Below the pieces are notes generated by a model that worked only from the letters and a program-made list of their open reading frames with translations, had not been told where the DNA came from and did no database searches. Shown here one piece after another: positions 18,906 to 30,465 of a stretch of DNA of 64,000 bases (the stretch's first letter is position 1; each line of letters starts with the position of its first letter). Position numbers and translations under genes: made by a program. The stretch is from an uncultured Clostridia bacterium. GTDB lineage: Bacteria > Bacillota > Clostridia > TANB77 > CAG-508. The DNA lies in NCBI GenBank assembly GCA_944386715.1, contig CALXCD010000001.1, forward strand, positions 74,408 through 138,407, read 5' to 3'.

Positions 18906-21014
18906 TTACCTAATTGCCTCTGTATAAGGAGTCGCAGACATATTTTCTTCTATATTTTGCGTATTCATTCCAAAATATTCTGCCATAATATCTCTTACAA
19001 CTTCTGCTGTATAATTTCCATGTCCTCCATTTTCCACCATTACAACTATTGCAATTTCTGGATTTTCGAATGGTGCAAATCCAACAAACCATGCATGTAC
19101 CTGATTATTTGGTGCTTCTGCAGAGCCTGTTTTTCCCCCTACACTAATATTAAAATCCTTAAATCTTACATAAGCCGTTCCTTCTGTATCTGTTGTAACA
19201 GATTTCATTCCTTCCAATATAGCATTCAAATAATTTTGATTAATCTGAAGGTCTTCAGACTCTTCTTCCTGTAATCCTAATTTTGCATTAACAAATTGAT
19301 TAATTTCATCTCTTGACGCCTCTGTACCATCTGCTTTTCTAATGGTTTTAATAATACTTACATCTATTTTATGCCCACCATTTGCAAGCATACTAATATA
19401 CCTCGCCATTTGAACCGGACTAAATTCATTATATAATTGTCCTATAGCAGATTGCAAAGTATCACCTGGTCCCCAAACTTCATTAGGATATAATTTTTGT
19501 TTAGTTTCTTTGCTTGATAAAACTCCTGACGTCTCGCCTGGCAATTCGATTCCAGTCTTTCCTCCTAATCCGAAATATTTTGCATATTTAACCAAATTAT
19601 CAATTCCCATTCTATCAGCTGTCTCATAAAAGAAATAGTTACAAGATTTTTCTATTGCCCCTGATACATTTAACCAACCATGCCCTCTACCATAATCACT
19701 AAAAATCCAACATTTAGGTTGATAATCTCTGTATTTTTTATACTGTCCTACATCATTAATCGTTGTATTTAAATTAATGACTCCTGATTCCAAGCCTGCA
19801 ATTGCTGTTATCATTTTAAATGTAGAACCAGGTGAATACGAATTTTGAATAGCTCTGTCTACTAATGGTTTTGCCTCATTATCTCGGTATTTTGCCCAAT
19901 TTTCATTACTAATTCCTCCTACAAATTCAGAAGGCGTATAATTCGGATAATTTGCCATTGCTAGTATTTCTCCCGTATTTACATTCATAACAACACAACT
20001 ACCAGCCTTTGCATCATAGACTTGTCCGAACCCTCCACTTGCTATTTTCTGAATATTAGCAGCTAAAGCATTTTCTGTAATTTGTTGCAAATTAGAATCA
20101 ATGGTTAATACCACATCAGCCCCTGCGATAGCCTCTTCTGAAATATACTCTGCAGTAATGGTTCCATCTACTGCCATATCGATTTGCTTTGTTCCATTCT
20201 TACCTCTTAAATATTCCTCAAAAACATACTCTATCCCTGTTTTTCCTATGATATCATTTTGGTCATAAGTGTCTTTTCTTGTTTCATACTCATCTGAGCT
20301 TATTTGTGAAGCATATCCTAAAATATGAGAAGCCAAGCTTCCTTTTGGATATTCTCTTTGTGGTTGTACTACAATATTAATTCCAGGAAATTTATCTCCA
20401 TTTTCACTAAATTCTGCAACCGCTTCTCTCGGTATATCACTTGCAATTTTCAATGCTTTTGTACTACTATATCCGTTTTGCACAATAGCATAACGAATCG
20501 CAATTATTTTTCTAATTTGTTCTATATTATTACTTTCAATATCATATTTTTCTTTAAATTTATTCAGTGCTTCCTCTGCTGTAATATTTTCTTCTAAATT
20601 ATTATTCTTTTTCCAATTTGCCAATTGTTCATCTGCAATAGTAAATTCAATAGGATTAATTTTTATAGGAAAAGTATCCACATAAGATACACCATATTTT
20701 TCCAATACCTGAACAATATTCCATATAGCTTGATTTAATGTTTGTGTATCTATCTTAGTTTTATACAATTCTAAATCAAATTTCATACTAGAAGTTACCA
20801 ATGTATTTCCTGTCTTATCTAAAATAGAACCTCTTGCTGCTTCTAATGTACTTTCTCTTGTTAACCTAGTATTAGATTGTTCCCTATATTCTGCTCCATG
20901 TACGATCTGCAAATTAAACAATTGCGCAATTAAAATAATACCAACAAGATAAGTTAAAACTGTCAATATATTAAATCTTAAATTAATATTAAACTTTCCC
21001 TTCGCTTTTGCCAA
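18906..21014 (-). CDS. mrdA: Penicillin-binding protein 2 (class B transpeptidase, elongation-type)
   Basis: ORF track, 702 aa. N-terminal TM segment. Transpeptidase motifs STFK (SPGSTFKMITA), SCN (EKSCNYFF) and KTG (GGKTGSAE). Sits immediately after mreD. Confidence 0.85.
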   Translation of the reverse strand: MAKAKGKFNINLRFNILTVLTYLVGIILIAQLFNLQIVHGAEYREQSNTRLTRESTLEAARGSILDKTGNTLVTSSMKFDLELYKTKIDTQTLNQAIWNIVQVLEKYGVSYVDTFPIKINPIEFTIADEQLANWKKNNNLEENITAEEALNKFKEKYDIESNNIEQIRKIIAIRYAIVQNGYSSTKALKIASDIPREAVAEFSENGDKFPGINIVVQPQREYPKGSLASHILGYASQISSDEYETRKDTYDQNDIIGKTGIEYVFEEYLRGKNGTKQIDMAVDGTITAEYISEEAIAGADVVLTIDSNLQQITENALAANIQKIASGGFGQVYDAKAGSCVVMNVNTGEILAMANYPNYTPSEFVGGISNENWAKYRDNEAKPLVDRAIQNSYSPGSTFKMITAIAGLESGVINLNTTINDVGQYKKYRDYQPKCWIFSDYGRGHGWLNVSGAIEKSCNYFFYETADRMGIDNLVKYAKYFGLGGKTGIELPGETSGVLSSKETKQKLYPNEVWGPGDTLQSAIGQLYNEFSPVQMARYISMLANGGHKIDVSIIKTIRKADGTEASRDEINQFVNAKLGLQEEESEDLQINQNYLNAILEGMKSVTTDTEGTAYVRFKDFNISVGGKTGSAEAPNNQVHAWFVGFAPFENPEIAIVVMVENGGHGNYTAEVVRDIMAEYFGMNTQNIEENMSATPYTEAIR

Positions 21015-21033
21015 TTTTTCACCTTCTTATCTT

Positions 21034-21576
21034 TTAAAAATATCTTGTTAAAATTTTATTGCCTTTATATTCATTTTCAATATAATATCCAAATTTTTGT
21101 ATCAATGGGTAAATAATAATTGTCAAAATCAAATTATATATCACCTCTACTGCCAAAATTTTAACAAAATTAAACAACTCCATATTACTTGCATATAAAA
21201 TTCCATTTGCCACATATACCATTACTTCAAATATAATAGTAGCACCTAACACCATAAACATTATCGTAGCTCTACTATCTTTAGAAAAGTTTTTATCAAA
21301 TAAGGCTGCAAGAAATCCAATAATTCCTAATCCTATCATATTCACTCCTATTTGTTTTCCTAGGACAAGGTCTAAAACCATTCCGATTGCCAACCCATAA
21401 ACAATTCCTGCTGTCCTACCATGAAAAAGTCCTATAAAAAGAACAAGAATTACAAATAAATTAGGCATAACTCCTGCAATAGTGAACCAATTAAAAAAAT
21501 TAGATTGTAAAAAATAAAGAAAATATGCAATAAGTACTAAACTAATATTAATAATTGTTTTTTTCAATCCTTTCAC
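21034..21576 (-). CDS. mreD: Rod shape-determining protein MreD
   Basis: 180-aa polytopic membrane protein directly downstream of mreC. Confidence 0.75.
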   Translation of the reverse strand: MKGLKKTIINISLVLIAYFLYFLQSNFFNWFTIAGVMPNLFVILVLFIGLFHGRTAGIVYGLAIGMVLDLVLGKQIGVNMIGLGIIGFLAALFDKNFSKDSRATIMFMVLGATIIFEVMVYVANGILYASNMELFNFVKILAVEVIYNLILTIIIYPLIQKFGYYIENEYKGNKILTRYF

Positions 21577-21581
21577 CTCTT

Positions 21582-22397
21582 TTATTTATTGGTTATCACT
21601 AAAACAGTATCTAATTTATCAAAATCAACTGCTGTTTCGATTAAAGCATATCGATCTGTTAAATTTTGTGTATTAGTCACTTTTTTGACAGTTCCAATAT
21701 GAATTCCTTTTGGATAAATTCCACCTAATCCAGAAGTTTCAATACTATCCCCTTGAATAATATTACTATCTGTTGGAATGTACATCGCTTTTAATAAAGA
21801 TTTATCATCTAATGTTCCCTTACATACAATTGCTTCTTTTGTAGTACTCATAGAACAACTAACAGAACTTGCTGTATCAATAATAGTTTGCACTTTAGCA
21901 GTAGAATCCGTTACGGAAATAACATGTCCAACTAAACCTTGGTCTCCAATTACAGTCATATTCTCTTCTACCCCATCTTCTTTTCCGATATTAATCACAA
22001 TTGTTTTAGAGTAATTACTAATATCCTTATTAATTACATATCCAGGGATAGTTTTATATTCTCCATATTTTTCTGCTAAATCCAAATATTCTTTTAAAGT
22101 TTCATTTTGTGTTTTAATATTTTCTAATTCTCTTAATGATTGTTCTAATTCACTATTTTTCTTTTTCAACTCTTCATTTTCTTGTTTCAAATTATTAATA
22201 TCTGTAAAAAATGTATTATTCCCACCAATCTTATTTTTTAAATAAGTCATTCCATTTTGAATTGGCATCACTAAATTACTAGCCACATTTTCAAAAAAAG
22301 ATAAATTGCTATCACTATTAGAAAAAATTACAATCAATATTAAAATGATAATGGTAATAATAATTCCAATTATTCCTGCTTTTTTACTTTTATACAT
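21582..22397 (-). CDS. mreC: Rod shape-determining protein MreC
   Basis: 271 aa. TM anchor, coiled coil (NLKQENEELKKKNSELEQSLRELENIK), and a beta-barrel region GDQGLVGHVISVTDSTAKVQTIID. Confidence 0.85.
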   Translation of the reverse strand: MYKSKKAGIIGIIITIIILILIVIFSNSDSNLSFFENVASNLVMPIQNGMTYLKNKIGGNNTFFTDINNLKQENEELKKKNSELEQSLRELENIKTQNETLKEYLDLAEKYGEYKTIPGYVINKDISNYSKTIVINIGKEDGVEENMTVIGDQGLVGHVISVTDSTAKVQTIIDTASSVSCSMSTTKEAIVCKGTLDDKSLLKAMYIPTDSNIIQGDSIETSGLGGIYPKGIHIGTVKKVTNTQNLTDRYALIETAVDFDKLDTVLVITNK

Positions 22398-22410
22398 TTT
22401 TCACTCCTTC

Positions 22411-24189
<1,779 letters not shown>

Positions 24190-24239
24190 ATTGCATCTTT
24201 CCTTTCTTGTTGCCCCTCCCCCTTTGTCTATCTTCAAAT

Positions 24240-24512
24240 CTACACTTTACGATAAATAAATATGGCTAATAACATTCCAATAATACTTGCTACACTTATT
24301 TTAAACATTAAAGCAAATGTAATTTTAACAACGCTTAAATCTAACACAATAGGATTATCTAACCCAAAGCTTTGATTATAAGATAACCACCAAAGCCAAT
24401 CCACTTTGGAAGCCAATTCTCCTAATAAACCTCCTATTACTAATCCTGATAAAATAAAGATAACTAATATCCATATATTTTTGTCTTTTGTTGCCATGTT
24501 TTTTCCCTCCAT
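24240..24512 (-). CDS. Small membrane protein (DUF4321-like position and size)
   Basis: 90 aa with two hydrophobic helices, located immediately upstream of radC as seen in many Firmicutes. The family assignment is from memory only. Confidence 0.5.
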   Translation of the reverse strand: MEGKNMATKDKNIWILVIFILSGLVIGGLLGELASKVDWLWWLSYNQSFGLDNPIVLDLSVVKITFALMFKISVASIIGMLLAIFIYRKV

Positions 24513-24626
24513 TATTTGTTCTTTTCTATTCGTGTTTTCCTTACGGCTATTTCCTTTTTCTCTACCTTTGTATTATATATTGATTTAGTAAATTTTTCAA
24601 GTAAATCCACACATTTTTTACAAAAC

Positions 24627-24760
24627 CTGTTACTAGTTAATGACTTTCACTTATTATTATCCAAAAGTATTGATATATTAATATTTTGCAGGCAAGACCT
24701 GGATTGTTACGCCCAAGCTATGTTTTGCCAAATAATATTAATATAGCAATACTTTTAAAA
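24627..24760 (+). repeat. MITE-like palindromic repeat, copy A (subtype 1)
   Basis: Terminal inverted repeats gtaTTGATATATTAATATT (24667..24685) and AATATTAATATAGCAAtac (24734..24752). Conserved core GCAGGCAAGACCTGGATTGTTACGCCCAAGCTATGTTTTGCC. The left flank cctGTTACTAGTTAATG is shared with copies C and F. Confidence 0.85.
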
Positions 24761-24774
24761 TTTTATTTTTTAAA

Positions 24775-24803
24775 TTGCATTCTTTATTTTTATATGATAT
24801 AGT
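24775..24803 (+). promoter_or_regulatory. Candidate sigma-A promoter for mecA
   Basis: TTGCAT, 17-nt spacer, TATAGT, about 95 nt upstream of the ATG. Confidence 0.4.
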
Positions 24804-24897
24804 ATAAAAAATTAATTACCAAAATTTATCCATTTAAATATAATATTAATAGTAGTATAATATAATTAATAGGTATTAAAGGAGGATTTACATTTAT

Positions 24898-25542
24898 ATG
24901 AAAATTGAAAAACTTACAGAAAACAAAATCCGTATCATTGTAAATCATCAAGATTTAAAAGATAATCACATTGATTTACATACATTAATGACTAAAACAC
25001 TCGAAAATCAATCTCTTTTTTTTGAAATGTTATCCAAAGCAGAACAAGAGGTAGGTTTTTATACAGATGGTTGTCGATTATTAATAGAAGCTTTTTCTTC
25101 TACAGATGATAATTTTGTATTTACCATTACAAAATACGAAAAAACAGAATCCGATTTATCAGATGAAAAAACTTTTTCTCCTAGAAAAAAACTAACTGTA
25201 AAAAGGAAATCCGTCAATTTAAAAAGCACAAATGCTATCTATTGTTTTGAAGAATTTGAAAATTTTTGTAACTTTTGTCAATTTTTAAATCATATACAAC
25301 AATTTGAAAGCAAAAAAATGAGCAAAGATTTTTCTTTATATTGGTACCAAAATAAGTATTATTTAATAATATCTAATATTAACATTACATATCCTAATTT
25401 AAAAAACTTTTATAGTGCTATTTCGGAATTTGGAAAATCTATTCATTTTTCTAATAGTTTTCAAAACAAATTACTCGAATATGGAAAAGTCATTATGCGT
25501 AAAAATGCAATAACTACTGGAATTAAATATTTCTGCAATTAA
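24898..25542 (+). CDS. mecA: Adaptor protein MecA (ClpC adaptor)
   Basis: 214 aa. N-terminus MKIEKLTENKIRIIVNHQDLKDNHIDLHTLM, with length and architecture typical of MecA. RBS AAAGGAGG. Confidence 0.7.
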   Translation: MKIEKLTENKIRIIVNHQDLKDNHIDLHTLMTKTLENQSLFFEMLSKAEQEVGFYTDGCRLLIEAFSSTDDNFVFTITKYEKTESDLSDEKTFSPRKKLTVKRKSVNLKSTNAIYCFEEFENFCNFCQFLNHIQQFESKKMSKDFSLYWYQNKYYLIISNINITYPNLKNFYSAISEFGKSIHFSNSFQNKLLEYGKVIMRKNAITTGIKYFCN

Positions 25543-25552
25543 AATATACATC

Positions 25553-25590
25553 AAAAAATCCACAAATTTTGAATTATTTGTGGATTTTTA
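25553..25590 (+). terminator. Rho-independent terminator of mecA
   Basis: aaaaaatccacaaat-tttgaatt-atttgtggattttt, followed by a T-rich tail. Confidence 0.7.
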
Positions 25591-25664
25591 TTATCTTAGA
25601 CAACAAGGTTCTGAGATACTTAAGCTACAATCTTTAATTCCTATGTCGGGTCATATTCTTATTT

Positions 25665-26678
25665 TTAATAAACATAGTTTTGTGGATTATAAGCCACTCC
25701 ATTTATTCTTACTTCTAAATGTAAATGTGGTCCTGTAGAATTACCTGTAGAACCTACAGCTGCAATTGTTTGTCCTTGGGAAACTGTCGTTCCTGCTGAA
25801 ACATATAATTTACTACAATGTCCATAATAAGTTTGTACATTATTTCCATGAGATATCACAATCATATATCCATAAGAACCTTTATAACCAGAAAAAGTAA
25901 CAGTTCCTGATGCAGCAGCAGCAACAGGTGTCCCTTTTGGTGCTGCTATATCTAATCCTGTATGAGAAGACCTTCTTATACTACTAGATGCTCCAAAGCG
26001 AGAAGTAATCGTTCCTGAAATTGGTTTAATCAAAGAAAATCCTAAATTTACTTTTCCTCTAGAAGTAGTTGTGGCTGTATTTACACTACCAGTAGAAGTA
26101 TATCTTTTAGTAGTAGCTTTAGAAGCTACTTCTACTTTTGGTGGTTCAATACATAATTTTGAAACAATTTCATCTGTAGCTGTAAAATCCTTTACTTCTG
26201 TTTCATACTTTTCCACAATAGAAATAGAATTTATATTTGTACTTTTTTTCTCTTTTAATGTATTTACCACATTCTCTGCTTCTTCAAACTTAGATACATA
26301 AAACTTTTCTTCTTGATTGTCCGTAATTGCATAATAACGATAATAAGGTGTTCCTTGTTCTTTTACTTTTTGAAAAATTTCTTCATCATTAGGAGTAATA
26401 TCTTTTTTTAACAAGCATAATTTATATTCTGGAAGATTAGGTACTTGTACAAAAGCAATATTTTCATTATTATCTTCCCCATTTTCCACATATTCATTAA
26501 TTCTATGCTGTAACTCTGATTTGTTTTCCGTATATCCTACTTGTTCTCCATTAATAAATACACTATATGTTGGCTTATACAAAAATGCAACTAATCCAAT
26601 TATTAAGAAAATTCCTATCATAAAAAGAATAATAAATTTAATTCCTCGTCTGGTATGTACTAGAAACTTTTTTAACAT
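25665..26678 (-). CDS. M23/LytM-family peptidoglycan endopeptidase with an N-terminal TM anchor
   Basis: ORF track 25665..26699. The internal ATG at 26678 has the better RBS (aaaGGAGAGaaagaaATG). Catalytic motifs HTGLDIAAPKGTPV and GPHLHLEV are present. Confidence 0.8.
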   Translation of the reverse strand: MLKKFLVHTRRGIKFIILFMIGIFLIIGLVAFLYKPTYSVFINGEQVGYTENKSELQHRINEYVENGEDNNENIAFVQVPNLPEYKLCLLKKDITPNDEEIFQKVKEQGTPYYRYYAITDNQEEKFYVSKFEEAENVVNTLKEKKSTNINSISIVEKYETEVKDFTATDEIVSKLCIEPPKVEVASKATTKRYTSTGSVNTATTTSRGKVNLGFSLIKPISGTITSRFGASSSIRRSSHTGLDIAAPKGTPVAAAASGTVTFSGYKGSYGYMIVISHGNNVQTYYGHCSKLYVSAGTTVSQGQTIAAVGSTGNSTGPHLHLEVRINGVAYNPQNYVY

Positions 26679-26824
26679 TTCTTTCTCTCCTTTGTACATG
26701 ATATTGTAATCATATTGTAATATTTTCTTTTTTGCAATGATAAGGATTCTCCATTTTCCCTAAGTTATTTTTATTTTTTTTTATTTATCTTGTTTATTTA
26801 CTTTTTTTCTTCCATTTTCAAAAT

Positions 26825-27016
26825 CTGCCAAGAGAGACGTTCCTTTTTGGCAAGTTTCATTTTTGGACTTATTAAAAAGTTGATATATTAATATGAATAG
26901 ACAAAGACCCGGATTGTTACGCCCTAGCTATGTTTTTGTCAGGAATATTAATCTATCAACTTTTTTTAAATAAACTATATCAAAAAACTTGCCAAAAGGG
27001 ACGTCCCTTTTGGCAG
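26825..27016 (+). repeat. Composite nested palindromic element, copy B: a 29-30-nt palindrome, the MITE-like core, and a second 29-30-nt palindrome
   Basis: ctgccaagagagacgttcctttttggcaag (26825..26854). TIRs ttgatatattaatat (26880..26894) and aatattaatctatcaa (26944..26959) around the core AGACCCGGATTGTTACGCCCTAGCTATG. cttgccaaaagggacgtcccttttggcag (26988..27016). Confidence 0.85.
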
Positions 27017-27029
27017 ATTTTCAGTTAAT

Positions 27030-27275
27030 TTATTGTTGTAATTCTGTTTTTACTGTTTCTACTTCTGTCGTAGAAGCTTTTTGAGCTGGTTTATAATAAC
27101 CTTTTGTTTGTGCTATTTTAAAAAGTTCGTATTGAAAACTCTCATCATTATTTCTGATTTGTTGAAAAGTTTGTCTCAATTGCATATTTTCCGCTTCTGA
27201 AATTGCAGTTTGATAAGCAGTTAAATCTGCTTTTACACTTCCTAAAATATCATTTACCATTGTCTTTTCATCCAT
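27030..27275 (-). CDS. CotF-like spore coat protein family member
   Basis: 81 aa. DILGSVKADLTAYQTAISEAENMQLRQTFQQIRNNDESFQYELFKIAQTKGYY resembles the Coat_F domain. Confidence 0.55.
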   Translation of the reverse strand: MDEKTMVNDILGSVKADLTAYQTAISEAENMQLRQTFQQIRNNDESFQYELFKIAQTKGYYKPAQKASTTEVETVKTELQQ

Positions 27276-27289
27276 TTTCTTTTTCCTCC

Positions 27290-27484
27290 TTAATTATTTA
27301 AAAATGTCATTAATTTTTGTTTTGTGTTCAAAGCATCTTGTGCTGATTTTGTAAATAATTGTTTAATTTGTGGATCTACAGCTTGTGAAGAATAAGTGTT
27401 TAATTTTTGATACGCTGTTTCATGTGCTCCTATTAAATGTCTTAAATGTTGTAATTCAACTTGATTTAAATCTGCCATTTTCAT
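27290..27484 (-). CDS. Small helical protein paired with the CotF-like gene
   Basis: 64 aa, 14 nt upstream of 27030..27275 on the same strand. No motif recognised. Confidence 0.4.
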   Translation of the reverse strand: MKMADLNQVELQHLRHLIGAHETAYQKLNTYSSQAVDPQIKQLFTKSAQDALNTKQKLMTFLNN

Positions 27485-27645
27485 CCATCCTTTCTTATTT
27501 TTTTATAGTATTTACATTTTTTATACATTTATACATCACCAAAATATTTTTTATCAATATTTTAGATTTTACTTTTTATGTAAATTGTAGTATAATAGAG
27601 ATGGTTACTAAATAGTCTTTTTTATTTTAAGAAGGGAGTATCATC

Positions 27646-27981
27646 ATGACAAAACCAAATCATTTAAATCCGTACACATTAGAAGAGTTTCCGCTTAATC
27701 CTGAAATAGAATATAACTATCTTCTATCTTACAAAGATAAACCCATCATTGGTATTTTAGAAGTAGCTGAAAAAACTTATCGCATAGATTTTCTTTCTCA
27801 AACTATTTCTTACCGGGATATTTTTGTACTGATAGGAAAAATGGAAGCTGTCATCGAAACCTTCTGCATCGATACTAGTGAGATTCCACGAGTAAAAATG
27901 CGGATGATAAAAAATGTGTTACGGGATTTGGACTATGTGTCTATCGGAAACAATATTTATCGATATAATTTTTATCGGTAA
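27646..27981 (+). CDS. Orphan hypothetical protein with atypical codon usage (four in-frame CGG codons)
   Basis: ORF track, 111 aa, with RBS GAAGGGAG. CGG at 27814, 27901, 27922 and 27976. Also uses CCG, CGC and CGA. Followed by a GC-rich terminator. Confidence 0.45.
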   Translation: MTKPNHLNPYTLEEFPLNPEIEYNYLLSYKDKPIIGILEVAEKTYRIDFLSQTISYRDIFVLIGKMEAVIETFCIDTSEIPRVKMRMIKNVLRDLDYVSIGNNIYRYNFYR

Positions 27982-27996
27982 CTCTTCAGTAACCTT

Positions 27997-28034
27997 AAAC
28001 CGCTCACCCAGAAATCGGGGTGAGCGGTTTTCCT
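27997..28034. terminator. GC-rich bidirectional terminator between 27646..27981 and pcrA
   Basis: aaaccgctcaccc-agaaatc-ggggtgagcggtttt. Confidence 0.75.
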
Positions 28035-28039
28035 TGTCT

Positions 28040-30359
28040 TTATTCAATTATTTCTAATTTTGCAAATTTAGCCATCAATCTTTTATGTCCTACTTTGTCA
28101 AACTGAATATCTACTTTTAAGTCATCTCCTTCTGGTTCCACCATATTAATGGTTCCTTCTCCAAATTTCTTATGGAATACTCGAACTCCTCGTTCATATT
28201 GTGACAAATCCACTTGTGATGCTGCTACTTTTTTCTGCAATCCATTTAAAAAACTTTCTGCCGTTCTAAAGGCAAAACCTTTTGTATTTTGAGATGAACT
28301 AGCAGCTACTCTTGGTTCTTTCTGTTCTACTTGATAAGTTTTAACATTTCCGCCATTTTTGCTTCCATAGGTCCAACTATAAGAAGAATCCTTAAATATT
28401 TGACTCTTATGATTAGTATCTTCTCCAAATACTTCTTCATATCCATCTAATAATTCTTGTGGTATCTCTTTCAAAAATCTAGAAACAGGATTATAACTGG
28501 TAGAACCAAATATGGTTCTTTGCTTACTACATGTCAAAAATAAATTTTCCTTAGCACGTGTAATTCCTACATAACATAAACGTCTTTCTTCTTCTAATTC
28601 TTTTGGTTCCATCATAGATTGATAACCTGGAAAAATCCCTTCTTCCATTCCCACTAAAAATACTACTGGAAACTCTAGTCCCTTTGCACTATGTAATGTC
28701 ATTAATGTAACACTATCTTGTGTCTCTTCCATATTATCTAAATCACTAGATAAAGTAATTCCTTCCAAAAATTCACTTAATGTATTTTCAGCAGATTCTT
28801 CTTCGAACTCTATTGCTACTGTTAAAAATTCCTCTAAGTTAGCTATTCTATTTTCTGCTTCAATTGTATTTTCATTTTCTAGTGCTTGCATATAACCTGT
28901 TTTCTTCAAAGTAGCAGTAACTAGTTCTGATATTTTTAGCTGCTCTTTTTTTACTTTTAATTCTTCAATTGCATTAATGAATTCTCTAGAATTTAAAAAT
29001 ACTCTATTTAAAGCATATTCATCTGCATGTTTAATAATTTCATACATAGATTTTCCAATTTCATTAGACAATTGTTCTATTTTATCTAAACTAGTTTTTC
29101 CAATTCCACGTTTAGGTTCATTAATAATTCTTTTTAAACTTAAATTATCTGAGCTATTTTGAATTAATCTTAAATAGGCAATTAAGTCTTTAATTTCTTT
29201 TCTTTCATAGAACTTTAGTCCACCTATAATTTTATAAGGAATATTTTCTCTTCTCAAAATGTCTTCAATTGCTCTAGATTGTGTATTCATACGGTATAGT
29301 ACAGCAAAATCAGAATAAGAATAATATTCTTCCCTTTTTAGATGCTCTATTTGACTAACAAGATAAGAAGCCTCATCATATTCATTATCTGCTAAATAAA
29401 CCTTTGGTAAATTTCCTTCTTCATTTTGTGTCCATAATTCTTTTTTATATTTTACCTCATTATTTTTAATAACACTGTTGGCTGCTTTTAATATATTTCC
29501 TGTACAACGATAATTTTGCTCCAATTTAATAATTTTAGTCCCTGGAAAATCTCTTTCAAAATTCAAAATATTAGAAATATCTGCTCCGCCTAAAAGAATA
29601 AATTCCTTGGTCATTATCTCCTACTACTGTAATATTTCCATTTTTAGAAGCCAGCAAAGTAATTAAAGTAAATTGAGATTTATTAGTATCTTGGTATTCA
29701 TCTACTAAAACATATTTAAATTTATTAGCATAATATTCTAATACATCTGGATTTTCCATCAATATTTTAATAGTATCATTAATAATGTCATCAAAATCAA
29801 TGGCATTGTTTTCTTTTAATCTTTTTTGATATAATTGATAAACGCTTGCAATTTTTTCTTTTCTAAAATCTCCTCTTGCTCTTATTTCATATTGATTTGG
29901 CTCCAACATCTCATTTTTAGCATTACTAATTTCAGATAACACACTCCTATCTGTAAGTAACTTATCATCTATAGATAGCTCCTTTAAACATGCTTTTACT
30001 AAAGTCCTTTGGTCAGATGTATCAAATATGATAAAAGAAGAATCAAAACCAATTCTATCAATAAATCTTCTTAAGATACGTACACAAATAGAATGAAATG
30101 TACCCATCCAAATATCCTTAGCATCATCTCCTACTAAATTTGCAATTCTTTCTTTCATTTCATTAGCGGCTTTATTCGTAAAAGTAATTGCTAAAATATC
30201 CCAAGGATGTACCTGTTTTTCTCCTATTAAATAAGCTATTTTATGGGTTAATACTTTTGTTTTTCCACTCCCTGCTCCTGCAATTACTAAACATGGTCCT
30301 TCTGTATTAACAACTGCTTCATATTGTTTATCATTTAATCCTTTTAATAAATCTTCCAT
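28040..30359 (-). CDS. pcrA: ATP-dependent DNA helicase PcrA (UvrD family). The reading frame is interrupted by one extra nt at in-frame CGG 29588..29586.
   Basis: Pieces 29571..30359 (Walker A AGAGSGKTKVLTHKIAYL; ..VVGDNDQGIYSFR) and 28040..29614. The +1 reading gives GADISNILNFERDFPGTKIIKLEQNYRCT. The 0 frame stops 4 codons later. Merged length is 2320 nt, which is 1 mod 3. Confidence 0.9.
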
Positions 30360-30465
30360 TTATCTGCTCCTTACCTATCTATTTGCCCTTTTTTATTTCA
30401 AAACTCTGTTTGTATTTTACTATACAAAAAAGAAAAAAGCAAGTACTAATTAATGATATACTATT

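Noticed and set aside
24516-24746. ORF-track ORFs 24516..24746, 41530..41712, 47639..47839 and 54123..54383 as protein genes
   Set aside because: They run through the MITE-like repeats or the SRP RNA gene and lack an RBS. Their shared RQRPGLL-type peptide is just the translated repeat core.
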